The position numbers were made by a program, and so were the translations under genes. 64,000 nucleotides of DNA from a virus: IMG/VR virus record IMGVR_UViG_3300007513_001104; one strand, 5' to 3'. The notes under the pieces were generated by a model. It was not told the origin of the DNA, ran no database searches, and saw nothing but the letters and a program-made list of their open reading frames with translations. Shown piece by piece: positions 27,228 to 37,764 of the stretch; the stretch's first letter is position 1; every line of letters starts with the position of its first letter.

Positions 27228-28485
27228 ATATAAAAGGGTCCTGTTTTCTAATACGTTTTATATGCCAATCAGGATCTATATCTGCCATCTCGGGAATTTC
27301 TTCTTGCCAAGTTTGATTTCTAACAGCGTCAATACGTTCCATTTCTAAAATAAATCTTTCAATCATCTTGGGATTAAATTCTTGTGACCACATAAATTTT
27401 TTAAATCCTCTAATATGTCTTACTAACATTTCTGTTCTCCAAGCAGGCTTGTAAGTTGTTAGTAACTCTTCTTCCCAGTCTGTGTATAGTTTATCTATTA
27501 ACTGTTTTTTGTTTGGATGTAAAATTCCAACGTTTAACCAAAAAGGAAAGTGGACTAAGTTTATGTGGAAATTATGTGGGTTATCTATCAATCCTTGCCT
27601 CATTAATTCTCTCATAAAGTCTGGCTGGTGCATAACATTTTGTATGCTTACTGTAGAATTAATATTAAACTCTACCTTAGGGGTTCTTTCTTTCATTTCT
27701 AATCTGTTATTAACCCACTTCTCCCAATCCAAACCTGTACGAACAAACTCTCCTCGAGGGCCGTAACCATCTAAACTTGCTGCCATTGTTACTCTATCAA
27801 ATTTGCCCCATGAATCTAATATGTTTTGATTTTTATAAAAGAACTGACTTAAATTTGAGTTGTATAATAAGTGTACATCTGTTCTTCCCATTTCAACAAG
27901 TCTATTAATAATCCTGTAATGCTCTTCCATCATTAAAGGTTCACCACCAGCAAAATATATTTTTTCTACTATAGGAAAATATGGCTCTATTTGTTCCCAC
28001 AATTCAAACACTCTACCTTTCTCAGGAAGATCGGGTGGCAAACTACCCCATATCTTTTTAGTATCTTTATACCAACCGGAGCTTAATTGTGGACCACAGC
28101 TACGACATGAGAAGTTACATATATTAGAGAAACGAAAATCCCAATAAGCTAAATCCATTTCATCTAGTGTTCCATCTTCTTTTACGTCATCCCACTTGTG
28201 CATGTAATGTTTAAAGTCTCTGTTACCTGTTATTCTAAAAGACTCGTTGCCGGTGTCTTCTTCTTTAAAACAATTAACGCATTCCGGAGGTCTTTCACCT
28301 GCTAACATTTGCCTTCTAATTTTGCGCATAGGTTCTTCATTCCAAATCTCTTTTAAAGTATGGGTTTTTAATGATCCTACTTGATGATCGCTATTACCAA
28401 GACAACAAGCATATACGTCTTTGTTAGGCCATGTATGTAAATGTATTAAAGGTAATACGCATTTGGTATCTTTAGTTTTTGTCAT
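27220..28485 (-). CDS. radical SAM protein with N-terminal twitch-like domain
   Basis: CNFSCRSC, FAGGEPL, SLDG; N-terminal C...CC...CxxC. Confidence 0.9.
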   Translation of the reverse strand: MTKTKDTKCVLPLIHLHTWPNKDVYACCLGNSDHQVGSLKTHTLKEIWNEEPMRKIRRQMLAGERPPECVNCFKEEDTGNESFRITGNRDFKHYMHKWDDVKEDGTLDEMDLAYWDFRFSNICNFSCRSCGPQLSSGWYKDTKKIWGSLPPDLPEKGRVFELWEQIEPYFPIVEKIYFAGGEPLMMEEHYRIINRLVEMGRTDVHLLYNSNLSQFFYKNQNILDSWGKFDRVTMAASLDGYGPRGEFVRTGLDWEKWVNNRLEMKERTPKVEFNINSTVSIQNVMHQPDFMRELMRQGLIDNPHNFHINLVHFPFWLNVGILHPNKKQLIDKLYTDWEEELLTTYKPAWRTEMLVRHIRGFKKFMWSQEFNPKMIERFILEMERIDAVRNQTWQEEIPEMADIDPDWHIKRIRKQDPFIYE

Positions 28486-29716
28486 AGTCTTTTATTAATT
28501 CATAAAATTCCGGAAAGACATCTTTATACTTTTCTTTTCGTATAATGTCTTGTCGGTTTGTAATGTCAAAGAATCTATACATAAGATTCTCATCACGTTC
28601 AATTGTTAAATAATTTTTTACATTATCATAAAATATTTCGCCTTCACTTTTTTCAAGTATCTTTTCCTTTATATTTATTGGAAGTATAGCAGGGTCATAG
28701 TAGTCTGGCTCTGTAACATAGTTAGGCGAAACGTAAGGAACAATGGTTTTAAAATATTCGTGAAACTCTTTTAAATAATATATGTTCAATATAGAAATTG
28801 TTTGTAGTATAGAACAAAATATATTATCATGTCTACTTTCTAATCCTTTAAACCAATCAATTGTTTCTGTTGTTTTCTCCCACTTTGCCGGATACCTCAT
28901 GTATTCATTTCGTCTTTGTATGTCATCTATAGACCACATTAACTGTACTTCTTTAAATTCCTTCCAGGCATCTTCATAGTCTTTTCCTGAAACCGTTGTA
29001 TTAGTAGAATAAACTAATGTAACATTCTTTGCTACATCCTTTTTAACAAGTTCTTCTAAAAATCCAAGGTGTTTGTCTATAAGTAACGGCTCTCCACCAT
29101 TTACATAAACATATCTTAATTCGTTTATATGTGGTAACAATCTATCCCAAAAGTTTTGATCTAGTGGCCAGTTCATATTAGTTTGTGGTACTCGTAAATA
29201 ACTTTCTTCTAAATCTAAAAGCTTCCACTCCTTTTTCCAACGTGAACTTGAAATAGGATTGCATGTCCTACACGCTAGGTTACAATGGTTGCCTAAGCGC
29301 AATTCTATAAATTCATAATTAACTTCTTTTAAACTACCATCTATATTTGTTATTTTTATAGCATCTTCTTCATTAAAATTTAAACGTTTAGACTCAACTG
29401 TTCTTTTACTAGAGTTTCCTGCTGCTTCTGAGTTCCAACACTTTTTACATTGATCAGGATACTCTCCATTAAGCATTTTTAATCTAACATCATTAAAACT
29501 TTCGCTGTTAGTTATTTTATTGAAGTCGTATTTAGTAGACAACAAGGTATTGAATACTCTAGTCTGTGAGATTGTAAAGTGTGCATTGGAAACGCCGTTA
29601 AGTGTTTCTGCCTCACAACATAAACTAACCTGGCCATCAGGGTGTGTTGCTAAGTGATTCCATGGTAATGGACAAAATGATTTAGATCCCATCCCACCAC
29701 TCCTTTCCTGGATCAT
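28472..29716 (-). CDS. radical SAM protein with N-terminal twitch-like domain
   Basis: CPLPWNH..PDG..CC, CKKC, CNLACRTC, NGGEPL. Confidence 0.9.
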   Translation of the reverse strand: MIQERSGGMGSKSFCPLPWNHLATHPDGQVSLCCEAETLNGVSNAHFTISQTRVFNTLLSTKYDFNKITNSESFNDVRLKMLNGEYPDQCKKCWNSEAAGNSSKRTVESKRLNFNEEDAIKITNIDGSLKEVNYEFIELRLGNHCNLACRTCNPISSSRWKKEWKLLDLEESYLRVPQTNMNWPLDQNFWDRLLPHINELRYVYVNGGEPLLIDKHLGFLEELVKKDVAKNVTLVYSTNTTVSGKDYEDAWKEFKEVQLMWSIDDIQRRNEYMRYPAKWEKTTETIDWFKGLESRHDNIFCSILQTISILNIYYLKEFHEYFKTIVPYVSPNYVTEPDYYDPAILPINIKEKILEKSEGEIFYDNVKNYLTIERDENLMYRFFDITNRQDIIRKEKYKDVFPEFYELIKDYDKN

Positions 29717-30977
29717 TTAATATCTCTCTAAATGTCAACTCTTGTTCTCTTATTTTTTCTAAAAACAAAATATTTTGCTTTCCGTTCTTTAATCCGTTTT
29801 GTAGTTCGTCTCCTTCCCATTGTTGTTCAAAACTTTTTCTTTCTATTAAGTTTTTAAGTGAATCAATATATACTTGTGTTTTCCAAGTTTTCCTTGGCTC
29901 CATATACTCTATAAGTTCGTTACAATAAGGTTCAACAACAGATTTCGGTAATGCATCAGGACACATAAGAACAAATGGATCAAAGCCATATGTAAATTTA
30001 AAATAAGATTTCACGTCTAGTTCTGTTACAACATCAAACAAATCTTTTAATCCAAATAAACCAGGTGTTGTAAGTGTAACATCAAATGCTAAAGCATCGT
30101 CTCCATATTCATCAATTAACCACATGCCCTTTTTAAAGTTAACCAACCACTCGTCCCACTTTATTCCTGTCCTTATATACTCACCTATTGCTCCTGCTCC
30201 ATCAATACTTGCGCATATATTCATACTTTTAAATCCGTCTAACATATCATATAAGTTATAATGCTTATAATCAATTCTGCTGAGATTTGTGTTGTAACGT
30301 ATAGTAATATTGCTTTTATGTTTTGAGTCTTTAAGTTGATCCATTATTGTCCAATGTCTTTCCCACATTAAAGGCTCTCCACCCACCCAATAAATCTCCT
30401 CTATTATATCTTGATCTACTGCTGCTTGTAATTCTTCTTCTAATACTTCTTTTTGAAAGTTTGTTATTTTCCTTCTGTTATTTGGTTGTAACCAGGGATC
30501 TTCTTGCATACGGTTGTTTACTTTGTTTTCTGCTTCCCAAGATGATGATAGTTGGTCGCCACACATTCTACATTTGAAGTTACATAGATTAGATAAACGA
30601 TAATCATATGACACCGGAACCATTGTTGTATAGCCTGTTTCATCTGTCGTGTCTAATATGTCTTGTATCTTATGTGGGAATAGTGTATCTACAAAATAAG
30701 ATCTATATGTATTTAAGTTTAAAACATTTTCATTACATACAACACATTGAGGGATTGCCTCTCCTGCCATCATACGTTTCCTTATGTCTTTCATATACTC
30801 ACTATTCCAATGGTCTTTTAATGATGTAGGATTAAAAGTTGCCTCTGGGTTTTGTTCACCTGTATCAAGATACTGTTTCTGAAAGTCTGATTCTTCTCTA
30901 CTAGCACAACACAGACGTCGTTCACCTTGCGGGCTAACGTAAGTATGTGTCCAAGGTGCTGTACAAAGATATTTCAT
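29682..30977 (-). CDS. radical SAM protein with N-terminal twitch-like domain
   Basis: CTAPWTH..CC, CVVC, CNFKCRMC, VGGEPL, SIDG. Confidence 0.9.
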   Translation of the reverse strand: MKYLCTAPWTHTYVSPQGERRLCCASREESDFQKQYLDTGEQNPEATFNPTSLKDHWNSEYMKDIRKRMMAGEAIPQCVVCNENVLNLNTYRSYFVDTLFPHKIQDILDTTDETGYTTMVPVSYDYRLSNLCNFKCRMCGDQLSSSWEAENKVNNRMQEDPWLQPNNRRKITNFQKEVLEEELQAAVDQDIIEEIYWVGGEPLMWERHWTIMDQLKDSKHKSNITIRYNTNLSRIDYKHYNLYDMLDGFKSMNICASIDGAGAIGEYIRTGIKWDEWLVNFKKGMWLIDEYGDDALAFDVTLTTPGLFGLKDLFDVVTELDVKSYFKFTYGFDPFVLMCPDALPKSVVEPYCNELIEYMEPRKTWKTQVYIDSLKNLIERKSFEQQWEGDELQNGLKNGKQNILFLEKIREQELTFREILNDPGKEWWDGI

Positions 30978-31522
30978 TTCAGTTCTCTTACGATTGTTCC
31001 GTTGAAGTCATCATAGCAGCCATTAGAGAATGGATCACCATTCCAATTATCTTCTGCTATCAGGTCTTTAATTCTGCTCCATATTTTATTAAGTTGTTCA
31101 TCTTGCTCAACGATTTTATCTACCCTATCCATCATGGAGAGGATGGTATCTCCAGCGGACATATCACAGGATATTTTTCCTCCCTTCGCGTGGCTTATTC
31201 TAATATACATCAGGACAGCAGGGCCGGGATCTTGATGTTCCAGTAACAATAAACGTTGATGCTCGAACAACCCATTGACCGCCTGAACAACATTCAACGC
31301 AATCGGCGCCCGTTTCTTATCTATGTCCACGATAGTATTACAGATTGAAATTAACCAACGAAGGGTGAGATTTTTTATTATAATATCTAAATGGGAATTC
31401 GTCAGACTGAAGAATTCTTTTTTATCTTTGGCTTTATTGTAGCGTCTAATTTTAATGATAGCAGCAATTAACAAATGACATTCATTTGGCCAAGTATGAA
31501 ATTGTAAACCTGTTGTTTTCAT
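30974..31522 (-). CDS. hypothetical protein
   Basis: 182 aa, 4 nt overlaps on both sides within the operon. Confidence 0.6.
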   Translation of the reverse strand: MKTTGLQFHTWPNECHLLIAAIIKIRRYNKAKDKKEFFSLTNSHLDIIIKNLTLRWLISICNTIVDIDKKRAPIALNVVQAVNGLFEHQRLLLLEHQDPGPAVLMYIRISHAKGGKISCDMSAGDTILSMMDRVDKIVEQDEQLNKIWSRIKDLIAEDNWNGDPFSNGCYDDFNGTIVRELK

Positions 31523-31950
31523 AATGTGTGGTGTAATCCTGGCCCGTGATCTATGAACGTTTTATCTTCCATTATCTCAAAAATTCTCGTTCCTAGTTCT
31601 ATAGCTGCACGATCATGTGTTGCCATTATTATAGTTTTTCCTTGATCATTAAGTTTTTTTGACAATGATAAAATTTCCATTCGATCTTCTCTGTCTAATT
31701 CCTGGTCTGTTGGTTCGTCAAGTAAATATACATCATGAGGTTCTGTGAGCGCTCTAAGTACATCTATGGATTTCCTCGGATTCGGAATATCCCATCTTAT
31801 TATAAAGCAAGTCTCTGGATACTTCCTATTTAATTCTCTAAGAATAGATGTTTTACCTGCCGTGGCATTACCGTATATAACAACAAATTCTCCTTGTTCA
31901 ATTTCTATGTTTATTCCGTGTATGCTTATGTTAATCATATTTCCACCCAT
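31519..31950 (-). CDS. minimal ABC-type ATPase
   Basis: Walker A GNATAGKT, Walker B YLLDEPT, H-loop IIMATHD; no LSGGQ. Confidence 0.7.
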   Translation of the reverse strand: MGGNMINISIHGINIEIEQGEFVVIYGNATAGKTSILRELNRKYPETCFIIRWDIPNPRKSIDVLRALTEPHDVYLLDEPTDQELDREDRMEILSLSKKLNDQGKTIIMATHDRAAIELGTRIFEIMEDKTFIDHGPGLHHTL

Positions 31951-33115
31951 GGTCTGTTAATACTTTATAAAACTCTGGAAAGAATTCTCTAAAGTCTTCT
32001 TTCCTATATTCATCACTTGCTCTCACACTAGGAAAAAATTTTCTCCATTCTAAAGGGTGATGTTTCTTACCTTTCATAAAGTTAATTATTTCAACTATTC
32101 TAGGATCTTCTTGTCCTAAGTGTCTCTCAATTACATCTTTAATATCCTCAGGTATGTTTTGTATATTAAAATGTGGAGGCCCATGAACTAGATTTAAATA
32201 TATACTTTCACTTTTAAAGTATTCTAAAAATTCAGGTATGTACCAAATGTTTAATAAACTTACTGTATGGGCAATTGAAACATCAAACTTTTTATTTGTT
32301 TTAGATATCTCTTTTAAAGTATTAAAGTTCTTAATAACCGGCTCCCATTTTGCTGGGTGTCTCATAAATTCAAATCTATTTTGTATGCCATCTAAACTAA
32401 AGTCCATTGATATATGTTTAAATTCATTTAATATATTAAACTTCTCTTCGTCCCAGAGGGTTCCATTTGTGTTGTAATGTAAACTTATATTTTTTGAATA
32501 CCCTAACTCAATAGCATGTTTTAATACCTTCCATTGCTTCTTCATTAACAATGGCTCTCCACCATACATATCAATATATCTTATATCTGATAAATGATTA
32601 AATATATCGTCCCATATGGCACTATCATCCTCAAACGATTTATTAAACTGTCTAAAATATTCTGTAAACTCTTTTTTACCGCTTGCAATTGATCCGTATC
32701 CATCGTGTAATGCCAAAAATTCTTTGTTCCAAAAAGAACTATTATCCGGACCACACGTTCTACATTTTATATTACATGTGGTTCCCATGTTAAGATCTAA
32801 AATTTGAACTTGTATCTTTCTGTCTAAATCTGCTCGATGTTCATTGTCTATCATTCTTTTACTTCTTCTGCCAACATTCTCTTGGCTCCAACAATAGTTA
32901 CAATGTGGATCTTGTACTCCTTTCTTTAAATTCTCTCTGATAATCGTTGCTGTACGACTATTAATAGCATCATCTAAACTATTTCTACGAATGTTTAACT
33001 CATTGCCTAATTCGTCTTGATAAGGTATCATTTGTAAACAACAGCTTGTACATGTACCTTTGTTGTCAACACGAACACCCTTATCTAAATTAATGCAATA
33101 GAGCTCACTCATCAT
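31931..33115 (-). CDS. radical SAM protein with N-terminal twitch-like domain
   Basis: C...SCC, CNYC, CNIKCRTC, YGGEPL, SLDG. Confidence 0.9.
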   Translation of the reverse strand: MMSELYCINLDKGVRVDNKGTCTSCCLQMIPYQDELGNELNIRRNSLDDAINSRTATIIRENLKKGVQDPHCNYCWSQENVGRRSKRMIDNEHRADLDRKIQVQILDLNMGTTCNIKCRTCGPDNSSFWNKEFLALHDGYGSIASGKKEFTEYFRQFNKSFEDDSAIWDDIFNHLSDIRYIDMYGGEPLLMKKQWKVLKHAIELGYSKNISLHYNTNGTLWDEEKFNILNEFKHISMDFSLDGIQNRFEFMRHPAKWEPVIKNFNTLKEISKTNKKFDVSIAHTVSLLNIWYIPEFLEYFKSESIYLNLVHGPPHFNIQNIPEDIKDVIERHLGQEDPRIVEIINFMKGKKHHPLEWRKFFPSVRASDEYRKEDFREFFPEFYKVLTDHGWKYD

Positions 33116-34622
33116 AGTCTCCTAATGGCTCGTCTATGTTTTTGTTGTCGGGTTCTAATATCCAACCTTCTTCTTTAGCAATTCTATTTAGGTCTTCTTC
33201 TCCTACATTGTCTTTTGTACTATCACCTTCTGTTAGTTTTGCAACATTTAATATAGTAGGCGGTAAGGCGTCTAACCAATCAGTTAATATTTCAGGAAAG
33301 TCTTTTCGAATGTCTTTTCCTCTTCTTATATCGTATTGTTCGTAAAACGATTTAAAGTCTCTCCACAATGAAGTTTTAGAACTTGTACGTCTGTGTGGTG
33401 CATCAACATGATCTAAATAATCTATTAAACGTTCTATATTACTTCTTTCTATTCCTGTCCAAAGACCTTTATTATCTTGTGTGGCATACCAGTCCATAAG
33501 TTTCTTTCTAACATGAATTTTAATATGATCAGGCAATGCTAGTGGACTTTGAAAACTAGGGAAACGTAATAGGTTCAAAGTAACTGTTGGTGACTTTGTA
33601 TTTTTAATTAATTTAAATTCGTAAACATGATCTAAAAATTCTGTAATAGAGAACAAACACAAACTATTAATTGTCATCATTATATGAAGTCCTTCATAGT
33701 TAGCTTCAGTAATAATACGTTTCATATTTTTGTTCCAAGTTTTCCACACAAAATTATCTCTTACATACTCTTGCTGTTCTTTATAACACTCTGCGCTTGT
33801 GTAAACATGAAACTTCTTAATGTCTTGGCTTTTCTCAATTAAGTTATCTAATAGTTTCTTCTTACATATTAGGTTACTATTAATTGCCAAACGCATTTCA
33901 GGACGCGCTTTCATTTTATCAAACAGTTTCCAAGTCTCGCCGGACATTAACGGTTCACCACCTGTAACTCTCAGCTCTTCTAATTCGTCTGCTAGTCCAC
34001 TATCCCACCAATCCCAGAATGCTTTGATATATGGATTTGTTTCAGGTGTTACTGCATCCCTTCCAAAAGGCTCTGTCCATTTACCATCTTGTTGAAAAGC
34101 GGCCGCTCCATCACTTACCATGTTTTGATACGGTCCATCTTTCTTAATATCTTTAGCCCATGTAGTAGAGAAACTTGCATTACAATAACTACATGCTAAG
34201 TTACATACTCTATCAAATGCTATTTCAAATGTTTTTAAGTTTGTATTATCATTGAAGTCTGCGTTGTATGCTATATCTAATTGTTCGGGTGTGTATATGT
34301 TAGACTTAAATACTCTATCAGAAACTCTAGTATCTCCAGGTATGTCTTCTATCTTCCAACAATACTCACACTCACGTGGACGATCTCCCTCTTGCATCAT
34401 CTTACGCATTGCTTTTTTATGTTTTGTATTGTGTATAGCTGAAGGATTTCCTTCTAACTCTACTAATGGAATTTTGTGTGCTGGAGGGTGATGACAGCTG
34501 GCGGTTGTTCCACTACCTAACCAAGTAGTAGCGTTATACCATTTAGCACCACAAAAACTTGCAGACTTAGTGTCTAAGTTTTCTTGTCTCCACTTAACTA
34601 GCTTTTTTACATCTTCAGACAT
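33105..34622 (-). CDS. radical SAM protein (SCHHP subtype)
   Basis: FCGAKW, SCHHP, CEYC, CNLACSYC, TGGEPL. Confidence 0.9.
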   Translation of the reverse strand: MSEDVKKLVKWRQENLDTKSASFCGAKWYNATTWLGSGTTASCHHPPAHKIPLVELEGNPSAIHNTKHKKAMRKMMQEGDRPRECEYCWKIEDIPGDTRVSDRVFKSNIYTPEQLDIAYNADFNDNTNLKTFEIAFDRVCNLACSYCNASFSTTWAKDIKKDGPYQNMVSDGAAAFQQDGKWTEPFGRDAVTPETNPYIKAFWDWWDSGLADELEELRVTGGEPLMSGETWKLFDKMKARPEMRLAINSNLICKKKLLDNLIEKSQDIKKFHVYTSAECYKEQQEYVRDNFVWKTWNKNMKRIITEANYEGLHIMMTINSLCLFSITEFLDHVYEFKLIKNTKSPTVTLNLLRFPSFQSPLALPDHIKIHVRKKLMDWYATQDNKGLWTGIERSNIERLIDYLDHVDAPHRRTSSKTSLWRDFKSFYEQYDIRRGKDIRKDFPEILTDWLDALPPTILNVAKLTEGDSTKDNVGEEDLNRIAKEEGWILEPDNKNIDEPLGDYDE

Positions 34623-35994
34623 TCCATTCCTCCAGTAGATGTGCCATTCCAGGATATACTTTAGTGAAATCCTTTCCCCTTCTCATATCATACGCCTTAA
34701 TAAAATTAACAAAATCTTTTCTAAATTTTAATTGTGTTGGTTCTTGTAACAGGTAATCACACCAACGTTTTAATTGATCATACTCTTCTAAATATAATCT
34801 GGCCCACTTATCAGGTGAATTATACTTCAACCAACGTTTTCCTTGTTTTAAAAATATACCTACAAAATATTGTCTGTCATGTACATCTAACAATGTTGAT
34901 TGTAGGTGTGGAGGCCATCTTAAATAATTTAAACTAATAGGAACCCTATTGTTTTCTAAATTCTCATTAAACTCTATTCTTAGTTTCATTATATCTTCTA
35001 TAAAATTGTAAAATCCATGTAAACACAATATATTCAATGTTGTCATTATAGCAACAAGCGAATTTGTTTCTCTTAATACACGTTTACAGTTTTCATACCA
35101 GTAGCAATAATCAATTCCATCTCTAGCATACTCTGCATACTTGCCTGAGCTTTCAACACTTGTATAAACATCTATTCTATCCACTTTGTCTTCTAATTGG
35201 TTTATAGTATTAATTAGTTTGTCTATAAGTTTTTTATCTGTTCCTAAGTTAGTATTAATAGCTATTTGCAGTTGTGGTTGTGGATTATCTATTATGTATT
35301 CTAAAGTTCTCCACACGTCTTTTGACATTGTAGGCTCTCCACCTGTAACTCTAAAGACCTTTAAGTGTGGCAAAACTTCTGGCATGTATTTAAACCAAGC
35401 TTCCATATAAGGGTTCTCTTCACTACGCTTATATGGAAACTTACCTATACTTTTTAAATATTCTAAATCATGATTGCCGTTTTCTACAGGATAGTTACCG
35501 TGCTCTTCTATATCTTTCATCCATGTAGATGATATGTCTGGACTACAATAAGCACAGGCAAAGTTACATGAATTAGCAAACGATACTTCTAAATATGAAG
35601 GATAAACATTGTCAGCCGGAGAACTGTTGGCAATTTCTTTAAATCTATCCCATGACCACCAATCAGCTGTTTTATAGTGTCTATCTGAAAAATAATTTTT
35701 ATCTAAGTCTTCTATTTTCCAGCAGTAATCACACTCTTCCGGTCTTACACCGTTAAGCATTTTTGCTCTTTGTTCTTTTTTAAATTGTGAATTGTGTAAC
35801 GCTGCTGGATTAGCTTTTACTTCTTCTACAGGGATCTTATGTGCTGATGGATGGTGACAGCTGTGGTTAAATCCATTTTGAAGGTAAAGAGTTGTTTGTA
35901 GCCATTTAGCGCTACAAAACGAAGGACTGACTTTATTAATCTCTTCACGTTTTAGTTCTAGAACCTTTATTCTTTCTTCATTAGTATTGATCAT
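34615..35994 (-). CDS. radical SAM protein (SCHHP subtype)
   Basis: FCSAKW, SCHHP, CDYC, CNFACAYC, TGGEP. Confidence 0.9.
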   Translation of the reverse strand: MINTNEERIKVLELKREEINKVSPSFCSAKWLQTTLYLQNGFNHSCHHPSAHKIPVEEVKANPAALHNSQFKKEQRAKMLNGVRPEECDYCWKIEDLDKNYFSDRHYKTADWWSWDRFKEIANSSPADNVYPSYLEVSFANSCNFACAYCSPDISSTWMKDIEEHGNYPVENGNHDLEYLKSIGKFPYKRSEENPYMEAWFKYMPEVLPHLKVFRVTGGEPTMSKDVWRTLEYIIDNPQPQLQIAINTNLGTDKKLIDKLINTINQLEDKVDRIDVYTSVESSGKYAEYARDGIDYCYWYENCKRVLRETNSLVAIMTTLNILCLHGFYNFIEDIMKLRIEFNENLENNRVPISLNYLRWPPHLQSTLLDVHDRQYFVGIFLKQGKRWLKYNSPDKWARLYLEEYDQLKRWCDYLLQEPTQLKFRKDFVNFIKAYDMRRGKDFTKVYPGMAHLLEEWNV

Positions 35995-36579
35995 TCATTT
36001 CTTACCAATTCCCATAAATCTTTTCAGCGGATTAGATTTACCATTTATAAAATCCCAAGGACCTTCATACGGTAACTCGTCCAAATATAACACTTCGGTA
36101 AGGTTGTTTTTGAAGGCAAACAAAGATAATTCTTCTGTTGCTCTAACATGATCTTTTTCACTAAAATCATTATTACCTTGTATTATATAATGTGTACCCT
36201 TAGGTATATTATCAAACCACGTATCATATACTTTCTGACTAACGTGTTCTGTACTTGTATTTATTACTATATCAGGAGTGTAATCATACTGATACTTAGA
36301 CATACAACCACCCCAAGTAGTATATTTTTGAGCACACCACTCTAAATAAAATTCTTGCTTATCAATACATGTAATATCCTCAATGGTTAACATGTCAGCT
36401 AATACGCCATACCATGATCCAAAGATAATACATGACTGGGCTCGAGGAAAATGATAATTCAACTCATCTACTAACCAAGCTTTTGCATTTATTTGACTTG
36501 GCCAAAAGCAATCAAGTCCGTCTGGGTGTGTTCTAATTAATTCCATCCACCGTTCTAATTGTGTAGTGTTAAAGTTCAT
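35995..36579 (-). CDS. SAM-dependent methyltransferase-like protein
   Basis: IFGSWYGVL, CID, DIVINTSTEH. Confidence 0.55.
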   Translation of the reverse strand: MNFNTTQLERWMELIRTHPDGLDCFWPSQINAKAWLVDELNYHFPRAQSCIIFGSWYGVLADMLTIEDITCIDKQEFYLEWCAQKYTTWGGCMSKYQYDYTPDIVINTSTEHVSQKVYDTWFDNIPKGTHYIIQGNNDFSEKDHVRATEELSLFAFKNNLTEVLYLDELPYEGPWDFINGKSNPLKRFMGIGKK

Positions 36580-37189
36580 TTTCTATTTTCCTTGCTATGT
36601 TTTGCATTGATTCTGGACCTGGGTGTTTTCCATCTGCAGAGTAATCTAATTTTTCAACTAGAAGTTCGTCTCTGTTTAAGTTAAACCAAGACCACTCAAA
36701 TAATTTTGTATTTCCTCTACACATTAGTTGAGTTGAGTCTATTACTAATTTACTATATTCAATTAAGTTTGTTTCATTTCTTTCCATAAAGTCTGTATAT
36801 GGTTTGCCACTCCAGTGGCCAATATTATCAACATGAACATTAGGTTCAACATGACTGTATCTAAAGTCTGCTATTCTAAATGGAGAGGTCCAACCCATAA
36901 CAACCATATATGGCCAACCATGATCTTTAACTTGATCAATTAATTTCATCCACATATGGAAATTAGATTCTGCGGGATACGCAAAATTGTTTACTGTTCT
37001 ATCTGTTTTAATAACATTGTGTAATTTTTGTTCATCTTCTAACTCATGTCCCCAGGTTGTTGACTCACCAAACAAAGCAATTGAGCTACTCCAATTATCG
37101 TAATTTGGTAAATGACGTTTTAGGTTTCCTTTAGTGCCTGCTATAGGTTTGTAAAATCTTCCATTCCAACCAACGTTCTTCATAGCCAC
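36569..37189 (-). CDS. SGNH/GDSL-like protein
   Basis: LFGESTTWG, NFAYPAESN, DGKHPG. Confidence 0.6.
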   Translation of the reverse strand: MAMKNVGWNGRFYKPIAGTKGNLKRHLPNYDNWSSSIALFGESTTWGHELEDEQKLHNVIKTDRTVNNFAYPAESNFHMWMKLIDQVKDHGWPYMVVMGWTSPFRIADFRYSHVEPNVHVDNIGHWSGKPYTDFMERNETNLIEYSKLVIDSTQLMCRGNTKLFEWSWFNLNRDELLVEKLDYSADGKHPGPESMQNIARKIENEL

Positions 37190-37764
37190 ACCACGTTATT
37201 TTTAGGTGTCCATTCATAATCGTCATTATCTACGTCAACATAATAAACGTTCTGTAAAAACTCCGATCCTGGATCTACATCAAAACGAAATCTCTCTTCT
37301 TTTTTTATTCTTTTAAATGAATCTAAACGATAGGGTTCTTTACTATGTCCTGGCACATACCTTTTGTGTTCATATAAGGCATTCATCGCTTTTGCATTAA
37401 CATCATGTGTCATATACTGTATTTTAAATCCATCTTCTTTTGCTTTATTTAAACAATAGTCCCAGAAGTAAAATCCTAATTGGTTGTGTCTAAACTCTTT
37501 TAATATGTGTAAACGACATACCCTAACTGCTATATCAGGTGTGCCCATGTAAGTATCTGGCTCGTAAGAACAAAACCCTGCAATTTTATCAAATTTATCA
37601 TAACGACTATTGCACGTTATAAGTAAAGGTGTTCCGGGTGTTGTCTTTACGTCATATTTGTCTGGAGTAATAGATGTATTACCTTCTTCTAGTGCCTCTT
37701 CTTGAATTCGTTTAACTACTGACTCAAGTTCTGTGCCTTTTATGTTGTCTATAATCTTATGCAT
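37180..37764 (-). CDS. GNAT-family acyltransferase
   Basis: RLHILKEFRHNQLG (motif A), N.KAMNALY. Confidence 0.55.
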   Translation of the reverse strand: MHKIIDNIKGTELESVVKRIQEEALEEGNTSITPDKYDVKTTPGTPLLITCNSRYDKFDKIAGFCSYEPDTYMGTPDIAVRVCRLHILKEFRHNQLGFYFWDYCLNKAKEDGFKIQYMTHDVNAKAMNALYEHKRYVPGHSKEPYRLDSFKRIKKEERFRFDVDPGSEFLQNVYYVDVDNDDYEWTPKNNVVWL

